From: Vulcanimicrobiota bacterium
GTDB taxonomy: Bacteria; Vulcanimicrobiota; Vulcanimicrobiia; Vulcanimicrobiales; Vulcanimicrobiaceae
Length of the DNA: 64,000 nt
Assembly (NCBI GenBank): GCA_963723515.1
Contig: CAVRQT010000003.1
Location: 64,001-128,000 of the forward strand
Direction of reading: 5' to 3'
The notes beneath the pieces are model-generated. The model was not told the origin of the DNA, did not search any database, and was given only the letters and a program-made list of their open reading frames with translations. The stretch's first letter is position 1, and every line of letters begins with the position of its first letter. Below, one piece after another: positions 50,518 to 59,975 of this stretch. The translations under genes and the position numbers were made by a program.

Positions 50518-51417
50518 GTGAGCCGTTCCGTGTTTCGTGTCGAAGTTCCGGTCAAGGAACCGTTCGATCTACGGTTGACCGCGCGGGCGCTGCAGCGCCT
50601 GGGAAACAACGCCGTCGACGTCATCAGCGCAGACGGCACGTATCGGCGCGCGTTGCAGGATCGCGGTCATACCATTGCCGTGCGCGTGCGTCAAATTGCG
50701 CCGCAGGAACTGGATGTCGCTTTCGCCGGCGCACGCACCGCTCGGCTCCTGCCGACGATCGAGCGGATGTTCGCTATCGACCTTCGGTTGCGTTCGTGGG
50801 AGACGCGTGTCGCCTCGATCCCATGGTTGCGCGATTTGGCCCGGGCGCACCGCGGATTGCGCCCGCCGCGCTACCCGACGCTCTGGGAAGCCGTCGCGCA
50901 TGCGATCGTCTTTCAGCAAATCAGCCTGCATGCCGCGGCGGCGATCATGTACCGCTTCGTGCGAGCGTTGGCGACGCCGATCGAAGACGAGCGCATCGTT
51001 CTCTTTCCGTTTCCTGATGTTCGCGCGGTTGTCGAAGCACCGATGAACCAGTTGCAACACGCTGGACTGAGCGCGAACAAAGCTCGCGCGCTCAAGGAAG
51101 CCGCGAACGCTTTCGCGGAGCGCAAAATCAACGAAGCAACGCTGCAGCGGCTGCCGAGCGCCGAGGCAATCGCGGCGCTCAGCCGCTTGCGCGGGATCGG
51201 GCCGTGGAGCGCAACGGTGATCTTGCTGCGCGGGCTTGGGCGGCTTGACGTCTTTCCGCTCAACGATACGGGCGTCGCCGCGACGATCAAGGTGCTGTCC
51301 GGCAGCGCAACCGTTGACCTCGATGAGCTGCTCTTGCGCTTAGGCGATCAGCGCGGCATGCTCTATTTCCACCTATTGATCGGGCGGCTGGCTCACGCAG
51401 AAAGGCTCAAGAAATGA
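50518..51417 (+). CDS. DNA-3-methyladenine glycosylase II (AlkA family)
   Basis: IVFQQIS, FP, HhH motif LRGIGPWSA, DVFP..D. Confidence 0.88.
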   Translation: MSRSVFRVEVPVKEPFDLRLTARALQRLGNNAVDVISADGTYRRALQDRGHTIAVRVRQIAPQELDVAFAGARTARLLPTIERMFAIDLRLRSWETRVASIPWLRDLARAHRGLRPPRYPTLWEAVAHAIVFQQISLHAAAAIMYRFVRALATPIEDERIVLFPFPDVRAVVEAPMNQLQHAGLSANKARALKEAANAFAERKINEATLQRLPSAEAIAALSRLRGIGPWSATVILLRGLGRLDVFPLNDTGVAATIKVLSGSATVDLDELLLRLGDQRGMLYFHLLIGRLAHAERLKK

Positions 51418-52136
51418 AAACGATTGCCCAAGGCGCGACCTTTACGATTCAGCGCTCGCAGCAACGATACTTTGCAGACCATGGGTGGCTGCAAACGTAT
51501 CACTCGTTCAGCTTCGCGGATTACTTCGATCCGCACAACGTGCAATGGGGCGCGCTACGCGTTTTCAACGACGATCGCATCGCCGCCGCGCAAGGGTTTC
51601 CGCCGCATCCGCATCGCGACATGGAAATTTTGACGTACGTCCTTTCGGGCGAGCTCGAGCATCAGGACAGCATGGGAAATCGCGGCGTCGTGAGCGCCGG
51701 TGGCGTGCAATTCATGAGTGCCGGCACGGGCGTCCGCCACAGCGAATTCAATCATTCGAAGAGCGATGAACTGCACTTGGTGCAGATGTGGGTCCTACCT
51801 GGAAGAGCCGGTACGCGGCCCAGTTATGGCCAGAAAGATTTCACGGCGGACGATCGGCGCAACCGGTGGCTCGTCATTGCCGGGGGCCAGCAATCTGTGG
51901 AGGCTCCGATCGCCCTGACGCAAGACGCTACCCTACGCGTTGCAAGCATCGCGAATGCGTCGCTGAGGTATCAATTTGCGCCGAAGCGCTATGGCTTCTT
52001 GTTTGCCGCTGCCGGGCCGATCATCGTCAATGGCGAGACCATCAATGAAGGGGACGCGGTGCGTCTTTACGACATCCCGGAACTGGAAATCTCGGGCAGC
52101 GGCGAGATCGTTTTCTGGGATCTGCCCGCAGCGTAG
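51414..52136 (+). CDS. Pirin-family protein (YhhW-like)
   Basis: HGWL..YHSFSFADY, GFPPHPHRDMEI, MSAGTGVRHSEFN. Confidence 0.92.
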   Translation: MKTIAQGATFTIQRSQQRYFADHGWLQTYHSFSFADYFDPHNVQWGALRVFNDDRIAAAQGFPPHPHRDMEILTYVLSGELEHQDSMGNRGVVSAGGVQFMSAGTGVRHSEFNHSKSDELHLVQMWVLPGRAGTRPSYGQKDFTADDRRNRWLVIAGGQQSVEAPIALTQDATLRVASIANASLRYQFAPKRYGFLFAAAGPIIVNGETINEGDAVRLYDIPELEISGSGEIVFWDLPAA

Positions 52137-52160
52137 CGCCGCGAAAGTTCGGGCGGGAAG

Positions 52161-52961
52161 CTAACCGCCTTGGATCACGACGCGGCGTGACGCGGCGCGC
52201 CATACGAGCATCGAGAGCAATCCAAAGAGTGAAAGCCACAGTGCTTGCGCGATGAAGTAACGCTCGTATTGCGCCGGCGGAATCAAACCGACGTAAATAA
52301 GCAGCGGCGTCGAGTAGATCGCCGCGAATGGAAGCGCGAAGAGAATGCGTCCGACGATGCCGGAAAAGAAGGTCAGCGGAATGACTTGACCGCTCAGCAG
52401 ATCGGAAACCCAGCGCACGATCAACTGCACGGCGAAGGTCTCCAGCGTCCAAAACGCGATGGCGTTCATCACAAAATTGACGAAGAAATTGACGAGATAG
52501 CCAAGGAGAAAGGAAAACGCAAAGGCGGCGGCTGCCTGCGGGGAGCGCGGCAGATCGATGTGCACGAGCAAGAGCGCGAAGATCAGGGAAGGGACGACGA
52601 GCAAGGCATGCACCAGCGTTTGTCCGACGCCGTCGCTGAAAAAGTACATCGGCAGGCTGATCGGCTTCATCAGATCCGTGGCAATCGTGCCTTCCCGCAC
52701 TTTCTCGCGAATCGAACGCGTCCCATCAACTTCCAGAATGAGCGACATGAGCAAGGCGACCGTCGCGTAGGTGATCATCGAGTGAAGCGGCAGACCGAGC
52801 GGGGCGACGTTTTGCGCGTAGAGCGCCGTCCAAAGCGAACGCAACAGGTAGACCCGTAGTACCAGCGAGACGACTTCCGTAAGGACTTCCATGCGATAAG
52901 TCGCTTCGCGCGCGAACGCCTTCTTGGCGAATTCGATGTACGGCTCAGCGCGAAAGCGCAC
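52161..52961 (-). CDS. ABC-2 permease (DUF990-type)
   Basis: TYR, VREGTIATDLMKP, LLSGQVIPL, LPF..IY..P, VVIQGG. Confidence 0.88.
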   Translation of the reverse strand: MRFRAEPYIEFAKKAFAREATYRMEVLTEVVSLVLRVYLLRSLWTALYAQNVAPLGLPLHSMITYATVALLMSLILEVDGTRSIREKVREGTIATDLMKPISLPMYFFSDGVGQTLVHALLVVPSLIFALLLVHIDLPRSPQAAAAFAFSFLLGYLVNFFVNFVMNAIAFWTLETFAVQLIVRWVSDLLSGQVIPLTFFSGIVGRILFALPFAAIYSTPLLIYVGLIPPAQYERYFIAQALWLSLFGLLSMLVWRAASRRVVIQGG

Positions 52962-52967
52962 GCGGCT

Positions 52968-53741
52968 CTACTTTTTTTCGCGCTTCTCTCGTTCGAGGCC
53001 GGCTTCACGCCGATGTCGCGCTTCCTCAAGCTCGAGGAACATGACGTCGACGACTTTGCCGACATCGGCGGCTTGCGTCGGCGGCGGCTCTTGCGTCTTA
53101 GAAACCGGCGCCTTGACGGCCGCTTTCTTCGGCTGTTCGGGAATCACTGAGTCCTGCGCGTGCTGCAGGCGCAAGAACCTCGCGTATGTTTGTGCCGCCT
53201 TCTCGCGAACGTCGTCGCTTTGCGGCAGATTGAAGACCGTTTCAAAGAAATTCATTTGGGCGTGGACGTCAGGCGCTTCGCGCGGCGGGTGGATCGTCGC
53301 CGGATCGCCGTAGGCGATGTGCTGCATGGGCACATGCTGTCCCGCGCGCACGTGCGTATTGACGTGAACGATCGCGCCCAGCGCAACGCTGACGCCTGAA
53401 TCAACGGTCGCGCCGTTGAAGACGCGGGCACCGGAAGCGATGAATGCGCCGGGCTCGATCGTTGCTCCGACAAGGTATGCGCCGGGGCCGATGATGCAGC
53501 TTTCGCCGATCGTGAGCGGAAACTGCATCGCCTTGCCGCCGCTGCTCTTCAGTACTGCATTCTCCATAACCACGCTATTGGCGCCGACGACGATCGGCGC
53601 GCCCTCGGCGGTGATCACGGCGCCGTGCAGGACGGCGCAATCTTCTTCGAGCGTCACCTCGCCGCTGATGACGGCGGTGGGCGCAACGTAGGCGTTCGCA
53701 TGGATCTTCGGCTTCTTGGTGTTGCTGGAGACGATCATCAT
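52968..53741 (-). CDS. Gamma-CA-like left-handed beta-helix protein lacking the Zn-ligand His residues
   Basis: PKIHANAYVAPTAVISGEV hexapeptide repeats; charged C-terminal tail. Confidence 0.8.
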   Translation of the reverse strand: MMIVSSNTKKPKIHANAYVAPTAVISGEVTLEEDCAVLHGAVITAEGAPIVVGANSVVMENAVLKSSGGKAMQFPLTIGESCIIGPGAYLVGATIEPGAFIASGARVFNGATVDSGVSVALGAIVHVNTHVRAGQHVPMQHIAYGDPATIHPPREAPDVHAQMNFFETVFNLPQSDDVREKAAQTYARFLRLQHAQDSVIPEQPKKAAVKAPVSKTQEPPPTQAADVGKVVDVMFLELEEARHRREAGLEREKREKK

Positions 53742-53746
53742 TTACC

Positions 53747-54755
53747 TCATCTGGAGTGCTCGAGCAGCGGATCATCATACCCTTCGATGTAGATCCGTCG
53801 TATGATCGATTCGAGATCGGGCTCTTCGATCGAGACGTCCGTAATCGGAAAACGTTCGCGCGGCAACGCGAATCAACTGGTCCGCTCGAACGCGTTCGCG
53901 ATCGAAGCGAAATCGCGCCACGGCGCCCTCATTGGCAACGAGTTCTGCGTCAGGCAACTGCATGTCGTGACGTGGTTCGCTCATCGTCACCACGAGCGTC
54001 CGATGCGTCCCGTACTGCTCCTTGATCCGCTCGATCGGGCCGTCGTAAATGATCGTACCGCGGTCGATCAAGACGATGCGATGCGAGAGGCGCTCGACGT
54101 CGGCCAAGTCATGCGTCGTCAAAATGATCGTCGTGCCGCGCTGCTCGTTGATGGCGCGCACGAAATCACGGATTGCCTCCTTCGCGACGATATCGAGTCC
54201 GATCGTCGGCTCATCGAGGTAGATGATCTTCGGGTCGTGCAGCATCGCCGCCGCAAAATCGCCGCGCATGCGTTGCCCAAGCGAAAGTTGACGCACCGGC
54301 GTCTGAAGGAATTCTCCCATCTCGAGCACTTCCGTGAAGTGAGCTAAATTGGCAGCATAACGATCGCTTGGAATCGCATAGATTGCGCGCAACAACTCGA
54401 ACGATTCGATCAGCGGAAGATCCCAATACAACTGGCTGCGCTGACCGAAGACGACGCCGATGTGCTTTGCATTCTCTTGGCGGGATTGATATGGAACGCG
54501 GCCGTCGACCTCGATCAGACCGGATGTTGGTACGAGGATTCCCGTCAGCATCTTGATCGTCGTCGACTTTCCCGCGCCGTTGGGACCGATGTACCCGACG
54601 AGTTCGCCCGGTTCAAGCGACATATTCACGTTGCGAACCGCGACTTTTTCGACATACTTACGGCTGAAAAGCGTCCGGATTGCGCCTGCCGGTCCGCTTT
54701 CGCGCTGAACGGAGCGAAACGTTTTGCAAAGGTCGCGCGTGCGAATGATGGGCAT
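53747..54755 (-). CDS. ABC transporter ATP-binding protein; frameshift near 53858
   Basis: GPNGAGKST, LSLGQ, LDEPT, TTHD; corrected C-terminus ...DVSIEEPDLESIIRRIY... Confidence 0.9.
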
Positions 54756-54800
54756 GGCAGGAGGCGCTATTCCACGCGCTGCAAGCGGTCCCTTAGCGAG

Positions 54801-55412
54801 ATGATCGTGACCGTTTCGAATCAATACGGCGCCGGCGCGATCGAGATTGCGCGGCGCGCGGCGGCACAGCTGGGCTACCGCGTCATCGACCAAGAGCTTC
54901 CCGTCGTCGTCGCAAAGCGGCTTCATACCTCACCCGATGCCGTCAGCGCGAGCGAGGATACGAGCCGCAATCTCGGCGAGCGGTTGATCAGCGGTCTCGA
55001 ACTGGCGACGCCCGAGATTTCGCTCGCATCGCGCGAGCAGCAATCCTTCGACCGCGATTGTTTGCGTGAGGTGCAAGTCGCGGTGCGAGAATTTGCTTCC
55101 CAAGGCAACGTGTTCATCATCGGCCGTGCGGCCTATGCGATCTTAGGCCGGCGCGATGACGTGGTGCGCGTCTTCATGTATGCGCCGCGTGAGTGGCGCA
55201 TCGAGCGCATCAGCGACGCAATGCAGGTTCCCCAGGCGCAAGCGGCAGCCGAAGTCGAACGCATCGACCGAGCGCGACGCGCGTACGTTCACGACTACTA
55301 CCAGCTTGAGTGGGCCGACTCCAAACACTACGATCTGTGCATCGATACGGCGCGCTTCGGTCAGCAAGCAAGCGCGTCGATCATCGCCGGCGCGGTTCGT
55401 GGATGCGCGTAG
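54801..55412 (+). CDS. Cytidylate-kinase-like family protein
   Basis: IVTVSNQYGAGA..IA..AA..LGY..ID, IIGRAA, YDLCIDT. Confidence 0.85.
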   Translation: MIVTVSNQYGAGAIEIARRAAAQLGYRVIDQELPVVVAKRLHTSPDAVSASEDTSRNLGERLISGLELATPEISLASREQQSFDRDCLREVQVAVREFASQGNVFIIGRAAYAILGRRDDVVRVFMYAPREWRIERISDAMQVPQAQAAAEVERIDRARRAYVHDYYQLEWADSKHYDLCIDTARFGQQASASIIAGAVRGCA

Positions 55413-56671
55413 CGCGCGAGCTGCCGGCGCTCCTGGAAGAGGCGCCTCCAAAGCGCGGGCCGGGACTCTTTGGTGCGCTGCGGTTTCACGACTTTCGGTT
55501 GTTGTGGATGGGACTGCTCGTCTCGAATCTCGGCACGTGGATGCAATTTACGGCGATCGGCTACTTCGTCGTAAAGCTCTCGCCGACGCCGCAACTCGGA
55601 TCGTTTTACCTCGGTGTGCTCGGCATCGCGCGCGCGATTCCGGTGCTCTTAGCATCACCGATCGCGGGCGTCGTCGCAGATCGTCTGCCGCGACGGCGTG
55701 TGCTCTTTATAACGAACTCGACGATTTCGGCGCTCGCACTGCTTTTAGCCGTGCTCACAAGCCTGCACAGGATCAACATTTGGGGGTTGATCACGCTGTC
55801 TATGCTCAACGCGGCCGCGCAATCGTTCGACGTGCCGGCGCGGCAAAGTTGGGTGCCGCTGCTCGTCGACCGCGAATACGTCGGTAACGCGATCGGTCTG
55901 AATTCGATCGCCTTCAACGCGCCGGCGGTCATCGGGCCGGCGATCGCGGGTTTCTTGATCGCTTACGCCGGCGTTGCGGGGTCGTTTTACGTAAACGCGG
56001 GCGCGACGCTCGCGGTCGTTCTGGCGTTGCTCTTCATGCAATCGCCGGCGCCCTCGAGCACCGTAGCCGAGCCGCTGCTCGTTTCGATTCGCAACGGCAT
56101 TGCGTTCTTGCTTTCGCACGCCATTCTGCGCTATGTCATCATCTTTTTTATGGTGAGCGCGCTCCTCGTGCGATCGTATAGTCTCGTGCTGCCGGCATAT
56201 GCGTTGAACTATCTCGGCGCCGACGCGAAGGGACTCGGTTGGGCGATCGCCGCGACCGGCGTCGGCGGATTCGCCGGTGCGCTCGTTACTGCGCTCTTTG
56301 GATCGCGCGATCGACGCGGCGGATTGTGGTTGCTCTCTGCAAGCGTCATGGCGCTCTCCGTCTTCGCGTTGGGCTTCGTGCGCACGTTATGGATGAGCAT
56401 TCCGGTGCTGATGGTAATCGGGCTTGCCACATTGGCGTTTATGGGCATGTCGAACATCTTGATTCAGACGCTCTCGCCGGATGCGGTGCGCGGTCGCGCG
56501 ATTTCGGTGTACTCGATGCTTGCGCTTGGATTCGTACCTGCCGGCGCCTTTGTCATCGGCGGTTTAGGGTCGCTGATCGGCCTCGGACATGCCTTCATCG
56601 CCGCGGGGCTGGCAACCGCGCTCTTTGCGGTATGGCTGACCCTGCGCAGACCAATCATCAGAACGGTATAA
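55403..56671 (+). CDS. MFS transporter
   Basis: FRLLW.G..VSNLGTWMQ, GVVADRLPRRR, RGR; about 12 TM helices. Confidence 0.9.
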   Translation: MRVARELPALLEEAPPKRGPGLFGALRFHDFRLLWMGLLVSNLGTWMQFTAIGYFVVKLSPTPQLGSFYLGVLGIARAIPVLLASPIAGVVADRLPRRRVLFITNSTISALALLLAVLTSLHRINIWGLITLSMLNAAAQSFDVPARQSWVPLLVDREYVGNAIGLNSIAFNAPAVIGPAIAGFLIAYAGVAGSFYVNAGATLAVVLALLFMQSPAPSSTVAEPLLVSIRNGIAFLLSHAILRYVIIFFMVSALLVRSYSLVLPAYALNYLGADAKGLGWAIAATGVGGFAGALVTALFGSRDRRGGLWLLSASVMALSVFALGFVRTLWMSIPVLMVIGLATLAFMGMSNILIQTLSPDAVRGRAISVYSMLALGFVPAGAFVIGGLGSLIGLGHAFIAAGLATALFAVWLTLRRPIIRTV

Positions 56672-56836
56672 GGAACCTCTGATCAAGTCCCACGCGGCCC
56701 ATCCTCGGCCGTTTTTTGCCGATTTCAGCGTTGCTGCGGCGGCCACAATGCGTGCTGCATTGCGTCCGTCCTCGCGCCTTGAACTCAACAAAAATCGTCA
56801 CGAGGTTGAACGACGGAGACTTAATCACAGGTTCCT
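56671..56836. mobile_element. MITE-like element, 166 bp, with 19-bp terminal inverted repeats
   Basis: Left AGGAACCTCTGATCAAGTC vs right (reverse complement) AGGAACCTGTGATTAAGTC, 17/19; further internal inverted repeats; no credible ORF. Confidence 0.7.
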
Positions 56837-56840
56837 ATAG

Positions 56841-56870
56841 AAAAAAGCGAGCCGCGAAATGCGACTCGCT
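56841..56870 (-). terminator. Rho-independent terminator of the histone-like gene
   Basis: Minus strand AGCGAGTCGC-ATTTC-GCGGCTCGCT then TTTTT. Confidence 0.8.
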
Positions 56871-56892
56871 AAAGGCACTAAAGAGCCGGGTC

Positions 56893-57189
56893 TTAGGCCG
56901 CTGCCTTCCTCCGACGGCTCCTGCGGCGCGGTTTTGCGGATGCCGCTTTACGCGACGATTTGCGCCGCGTCGACGCCTTGCGAGCTTTCTTTCGTCCGCC
57001 GGACTTCCGTCCGCTTGATTTCTTGCGTCCGCTCGATTTCTTGCGTCCGCTCGATTTCTTACGGCCGCTCGATTTGCGTCCGCCCTTGCGTGCTGCTGAG
57101 CGCTTTGCGGTTGATTTGCGTCCGCCTTTTCTCGAACTGGATTTTTTCGACGAACTCTTCGCGCTCGATCTCTTACGTTTGGCTGCCAT
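56893..57189 (-). CDS. Highly basic histone H1/protamine-like protein (98 aa; alternative start 57204)
   Basis: 24 Lys + 22 Arg, no acidic or aromatic residues; GGAGAAAGGA upstream; TTGCGT-18-TATAAA promoter candidate; own terminator. Confidence 0.8.
   Translation of the reverse strand: MAAKRKRSSAKSSSKKSSSRKGGRKSTAKRSAARKGGRKSSGRKKSSGRKKSSGRKKSSGRKSGGRKKARKASTRRKSSRKAASAKPRRRSRRRKAAA
57007..57085 (-). repeat. 18-bp tandem repeat encoding KKSSGR
   Basis: GCGTCCGCTCGATTTCTT, about 4 copies, with synonymous variation for the minus-strand frame. Confidence 0.85.
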
Positions 57190-57306
57190 ATTTCGTGCAG
57201 TCATCCTTTCTCCGGTCTGGTAAAGACCAGGGTTGTTGCCTCCTTTATACAGCAAACTAGCGTGTGCACGCAAGTTTTGGCGTTGCGCGACGGGAAGTGC
57301 AAGTGA

Positions 57307-58102
57307 GTGAACGTTACAATCGACGGCGTTCGATTGCATGCGATCAGCGCCGGAAACGGATCGTGCGTCGTACTGTTGCACGGCTTTCCGTTGTCCGACG
57401 TGATTTGGAATGCGCAGCTCGAAGCGCTCTCCTCCGCCTCACATGTAATTGCGCCCGATTTGCGCGGTATGGGGCAATCCGATGCGCCGCCGGGGCCGTA
57501 TCTCATGGAGCATCTTGCCGCCGATATCGCTGCGATGCTCGACATCCTTGGAGTTTCACGCGCCGCGATCGTCGGGCATTCGATGGGTGGTTATGCGGCA
57601 TTGTCGTTCTTTCGGATGTTCAGCGAACGTGTCTCGAGTTTGACGCTCATGTGCAGCCGCGTCGATGCCGATACGCCGCAAGCGGCAGAACGCCGAATTG
57701 CACTCGCAACCCGCTTAGAGCGCGAAGGGATGGAGCCGGCGGTCGATGAGTATCTTCCCAAGCTGCTTGCCGCCGATGCCTCCAGTGGGCTCGTTGGTTC
57801 GGTTGCGGCGGTGATGCGTTCGCAAAACCCGATGGGCGCTGCGGCCTTGCTGCGTGGTGCGGCGGTACGCGCCTCGTCGGACGATTTGTTGGAAGATCTC
57901 GACGTGCCGGTGCTGATCGTCTGCGGGTCAGACGATGCGATTTCTCCACCGGAAACGAATGCCGGCGTTGCGGCGCGCATTCATGATTCAGAATTGAAAG
58001 TGATCGAGCGCTCGGCTCACTTGCCGATGCTGGAAAATCCGCACGCAACTGAGCGACGCTCTCAAGGGCTTCCTGCAGCGCTCGGGAACCATTCAGGTGT
58101 GA
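57307..58102 (+). CDS. Alpha/beta hydrolase; frameshift near 58050
   Basis: LLHGFP, PDLRGMG, GHSMGG, G..D, SAHL; corrected end DALKGFLQRSGTIQV* gives a GTGA overlap with the next gene. Confidence 0.88.
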
Positions 58103-58842
58103 AACGGATGGTGGTCGTAGGGACCATCGTAGCGTCTGCGTTTCTCCTCTCCGCGGCTGCGACGCAAGCTCAAAGCAAGCCGTTGCGTCACCTTGTCTAC
58201 AATGTGGGCGTCACCGAGTCGACGCAAACCGACGAGCTCGTCATGGGCAACCACGATTGGATGCCGACGGCCGGCAGCGGCGTCGCGCACTACAGCGGCG
58301 GCATGCTCTCAAATGGAACGATTGACGTCGATATCATCGGATTTACGAACGAAGGCGATGCTCTCGCCGTGCAAATCTCGGAGCATACCGACAATCGCCG
58401 TTCGCCGGTCGTTCGTGTCGACGTCACGTCGGACGGCGCCTTGCGGATGCGCTCGGAAGATGCGATCAACCTCACGTCGGAGGAGCAGGCGCTGTTGCGG
58501 CTTCTCGCACGAAAGTTTCTCAGTCAAGACGGCATGCTGGCCGGAACATGGGTGCATCAGCTGATCGATCGTCAAGCCGATATTCACGAAGAATTCCATG
58601 TCACAGGAACGCAGCCCAACGGCGACATCAACATCGCGCTCGACGAGCGGATCAAAGTTTCCGGCGCGCAGCCGTTCGATACGACGACGCACGGAACGAT
58701 TACGTACAGCCCAGCGTACAAAGTACCGCGGTTGGTCCTCATTGACGGCCGCACGCATCACGAGGGTCTCCAGCAAACGCAGACCGAGGATCTCAAGGTG
58801 CACCTGAACCTTGTCAGCGACTCGTTCGAACCAAACAGCTGA
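58099..58842 (+). CDS. Secreted hypothetical protein, paralog A
   Basis: Signal peptide MKRMVVV...ATQA; colinear similarity to 58919..59677. Confidence 0.75.
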   Translation: MKRMVVVGTIVASAFLLSAAATQAQSKPLRHLVYNVGVTESTQTDELVMGNHDWMPTAGSGVAHYSGGMLSNGTIDVDIIGFTNEGDALAVQISEHTDNRRSPVVRVDVTSDGALRMRSEDAINLTSEEQALLRLLARKFLSQDGMLAGTWVHQLIDRQADIHEEFHVTGTQPNGDINIALDERIKVSGAQPFDTTTHGTITYSPAYKVPRLVLIDGRTHHEGLQQTQTEDLKVHLNLVSDSFEPNS

Positions 58843-58918
58843 CTTTAAGCAAGCGCGTACTTAACAGCGCCCGCAACTGTTCAAGGATTGGCTGCCCCAC
58901 AACCCTGAAGTAACATTC

Positions 58919-59677
58919 ATGAAAAGAACGGCGATCGTTGCACTCGCCCTGGGCGGCGTCTTTCTCTCGTGCGGCACGGCGCTTGCGCAAAAATTACCGC
59001 GTCACTTGGTCTATAAAGTCGGCGTGACGGTTTCCAGTCAGACCGAGGAGCTGACGATGGGTGAAGCCGGTCCCGGCGGTGCAAATGCTTCGATGGCCGG
59101 GGCGTCGGCGAGCAGCGGTGTCGCGCGCTACAACGGCGGCATGCTTTCGAAGGGAACGATCACGGCAGATGTCACCGGGATCACCGCGGACAACGCGTTG
59201 GCGGTGCAGATCTCAGAGGATACGGATAACCGTAAGGCGCCGCCGGTGCGCGTCGACGTTATGCCGGACGGCCAACTCCGCATTCCGGCCGATCAGGCCC
59301 TCAACCTCACTCCCGAGGAGCACGCGCTGTTGGCCCTGCTTGGACGCGACTTCGTGAGCAATGATGACGTCAACGCCGGTAAGTGGGTCCGCGAAGTATC
59401 ACAGAGCCAATCGAACGTTCACGAGACCTACCAAATCACCGGAACGCAGCCGAACGGCGATATCGCCATCACCGTAAACCAGCAGGTGAAAGTGACGGGC
59501 GCGCAGCCGTCCGATACGACGACCTACGGCACGATTACTTACAGCAGCAAATTTAAGGTGCCGCGTTCAATCTCGCTTAACGGACGCACCCATCAAGAGG
59601 GCGTTCAGCAAACGCAAACCCAGGATACCAAGCTGAACTTGGATCTCCTGAGCGATTCGTTTCAGACGGGCGGCTAA
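58919..59677 (+). CDS. Secreted hypothetical protein, paralog B
   Basis: Signal peptide ending ALA; shares RHLVY, GGMLS.GTI, TGTQPNGDI, GTITYS, SDSF with paralog A. Confidence 0.8.
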   Translation: MKRTAIVALALGGVFLSCGTALAQKLPRHLVYKVGVTVSSQTEELTMGEAGPGGANASMAGASASSGVARYNGGMLSKGTITADVTGITADNALAVQISEDTDNRKAPPVRVDVMPDGQLRIPADQALNLTPEEHALLALLGRDFVSNDDVNAGKWVREVSQSQSNVHETYQITGTQPNGDIAITVNQQVKVTGAQPSDTTTYGTITYSSKFKVPRSISLNGRTHQEGVQQTQTQDTKLNLDLLSDSFQTGG

Positions 59678-59683
59678 AGAATT

Positions 59684-59762
59684 TCGAAGAAATTGGCAAG
59701 CAATTTCTTCGAGAGAGAATAGGTTGAAAGCGGAGTGGCGAGTAAATCGTCACTCCGCTTTC
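59684..59762. terminator. Two strong hairpins between convergent genes
   Basis: TCGAAGAAATTG/CAATTTCTTCGA (12 bp, perfect) and GAAAGCGGAGTGGCGA/TCGTCACTCCGCTTTC (16 bp, one G-U). Confidence 0.7.
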
Positions 59763-59786
59763 TTCGGTTCGAAGCGCCGCGAAGAG

Positions 59787-59975
59787 CTACCGGGAGATTG
59801 GGAGCTGCGGGCGCCGTCCGAGGCGGCGCACGAAATTCACGAGGAACAACACGCCGATCAATAGCGCCGCGATCACGGCTGCCGCAACCACAATGGGCAG
59901 GGCGAGGAGAGCGACCTTTACGATGACGATGCAGAGCGCGAGCAAGATCGTCAGTCGAACAAATGTATTGAGCAT
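59787..59975 (-). CDS. Small two-TM membrane protein
   Basis: 62 aa, hydrophobic with basic C-terminal tail. Confidence 0.6.
   Translation of the reverse strand: MLNTFVRLTILLALCIVIVKVALLALPIVVAAAVIAALLIGVLFLVNFVRRLGRRPQLPISR

Noticed and set aside
56960..57260. Plus-strand ORFs with RPLDFL or SCVRSI repeats
   Set aside because: Antisense shadows of the basic protein; SD, promoter and terminator all support the minus strand.
200..58100. About 14 frameshifted genes read as pseudogenes or programmed frameshifts
   Set aside because: They are single-base indels, often in short homopolymers or CG runs, in unrelated genes with intact motifs on both sides and no shared slippery site; sequencing error is the simplest explanation.
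57307..58842. Apparent 511-aa fusion of an alpha/beta hydrolase with a secreted protein
   Set aside because: A 1-nt correction near 58050 ends the hydrolase at TGA 58102, overlapping a GTG start with its own signal peptide.
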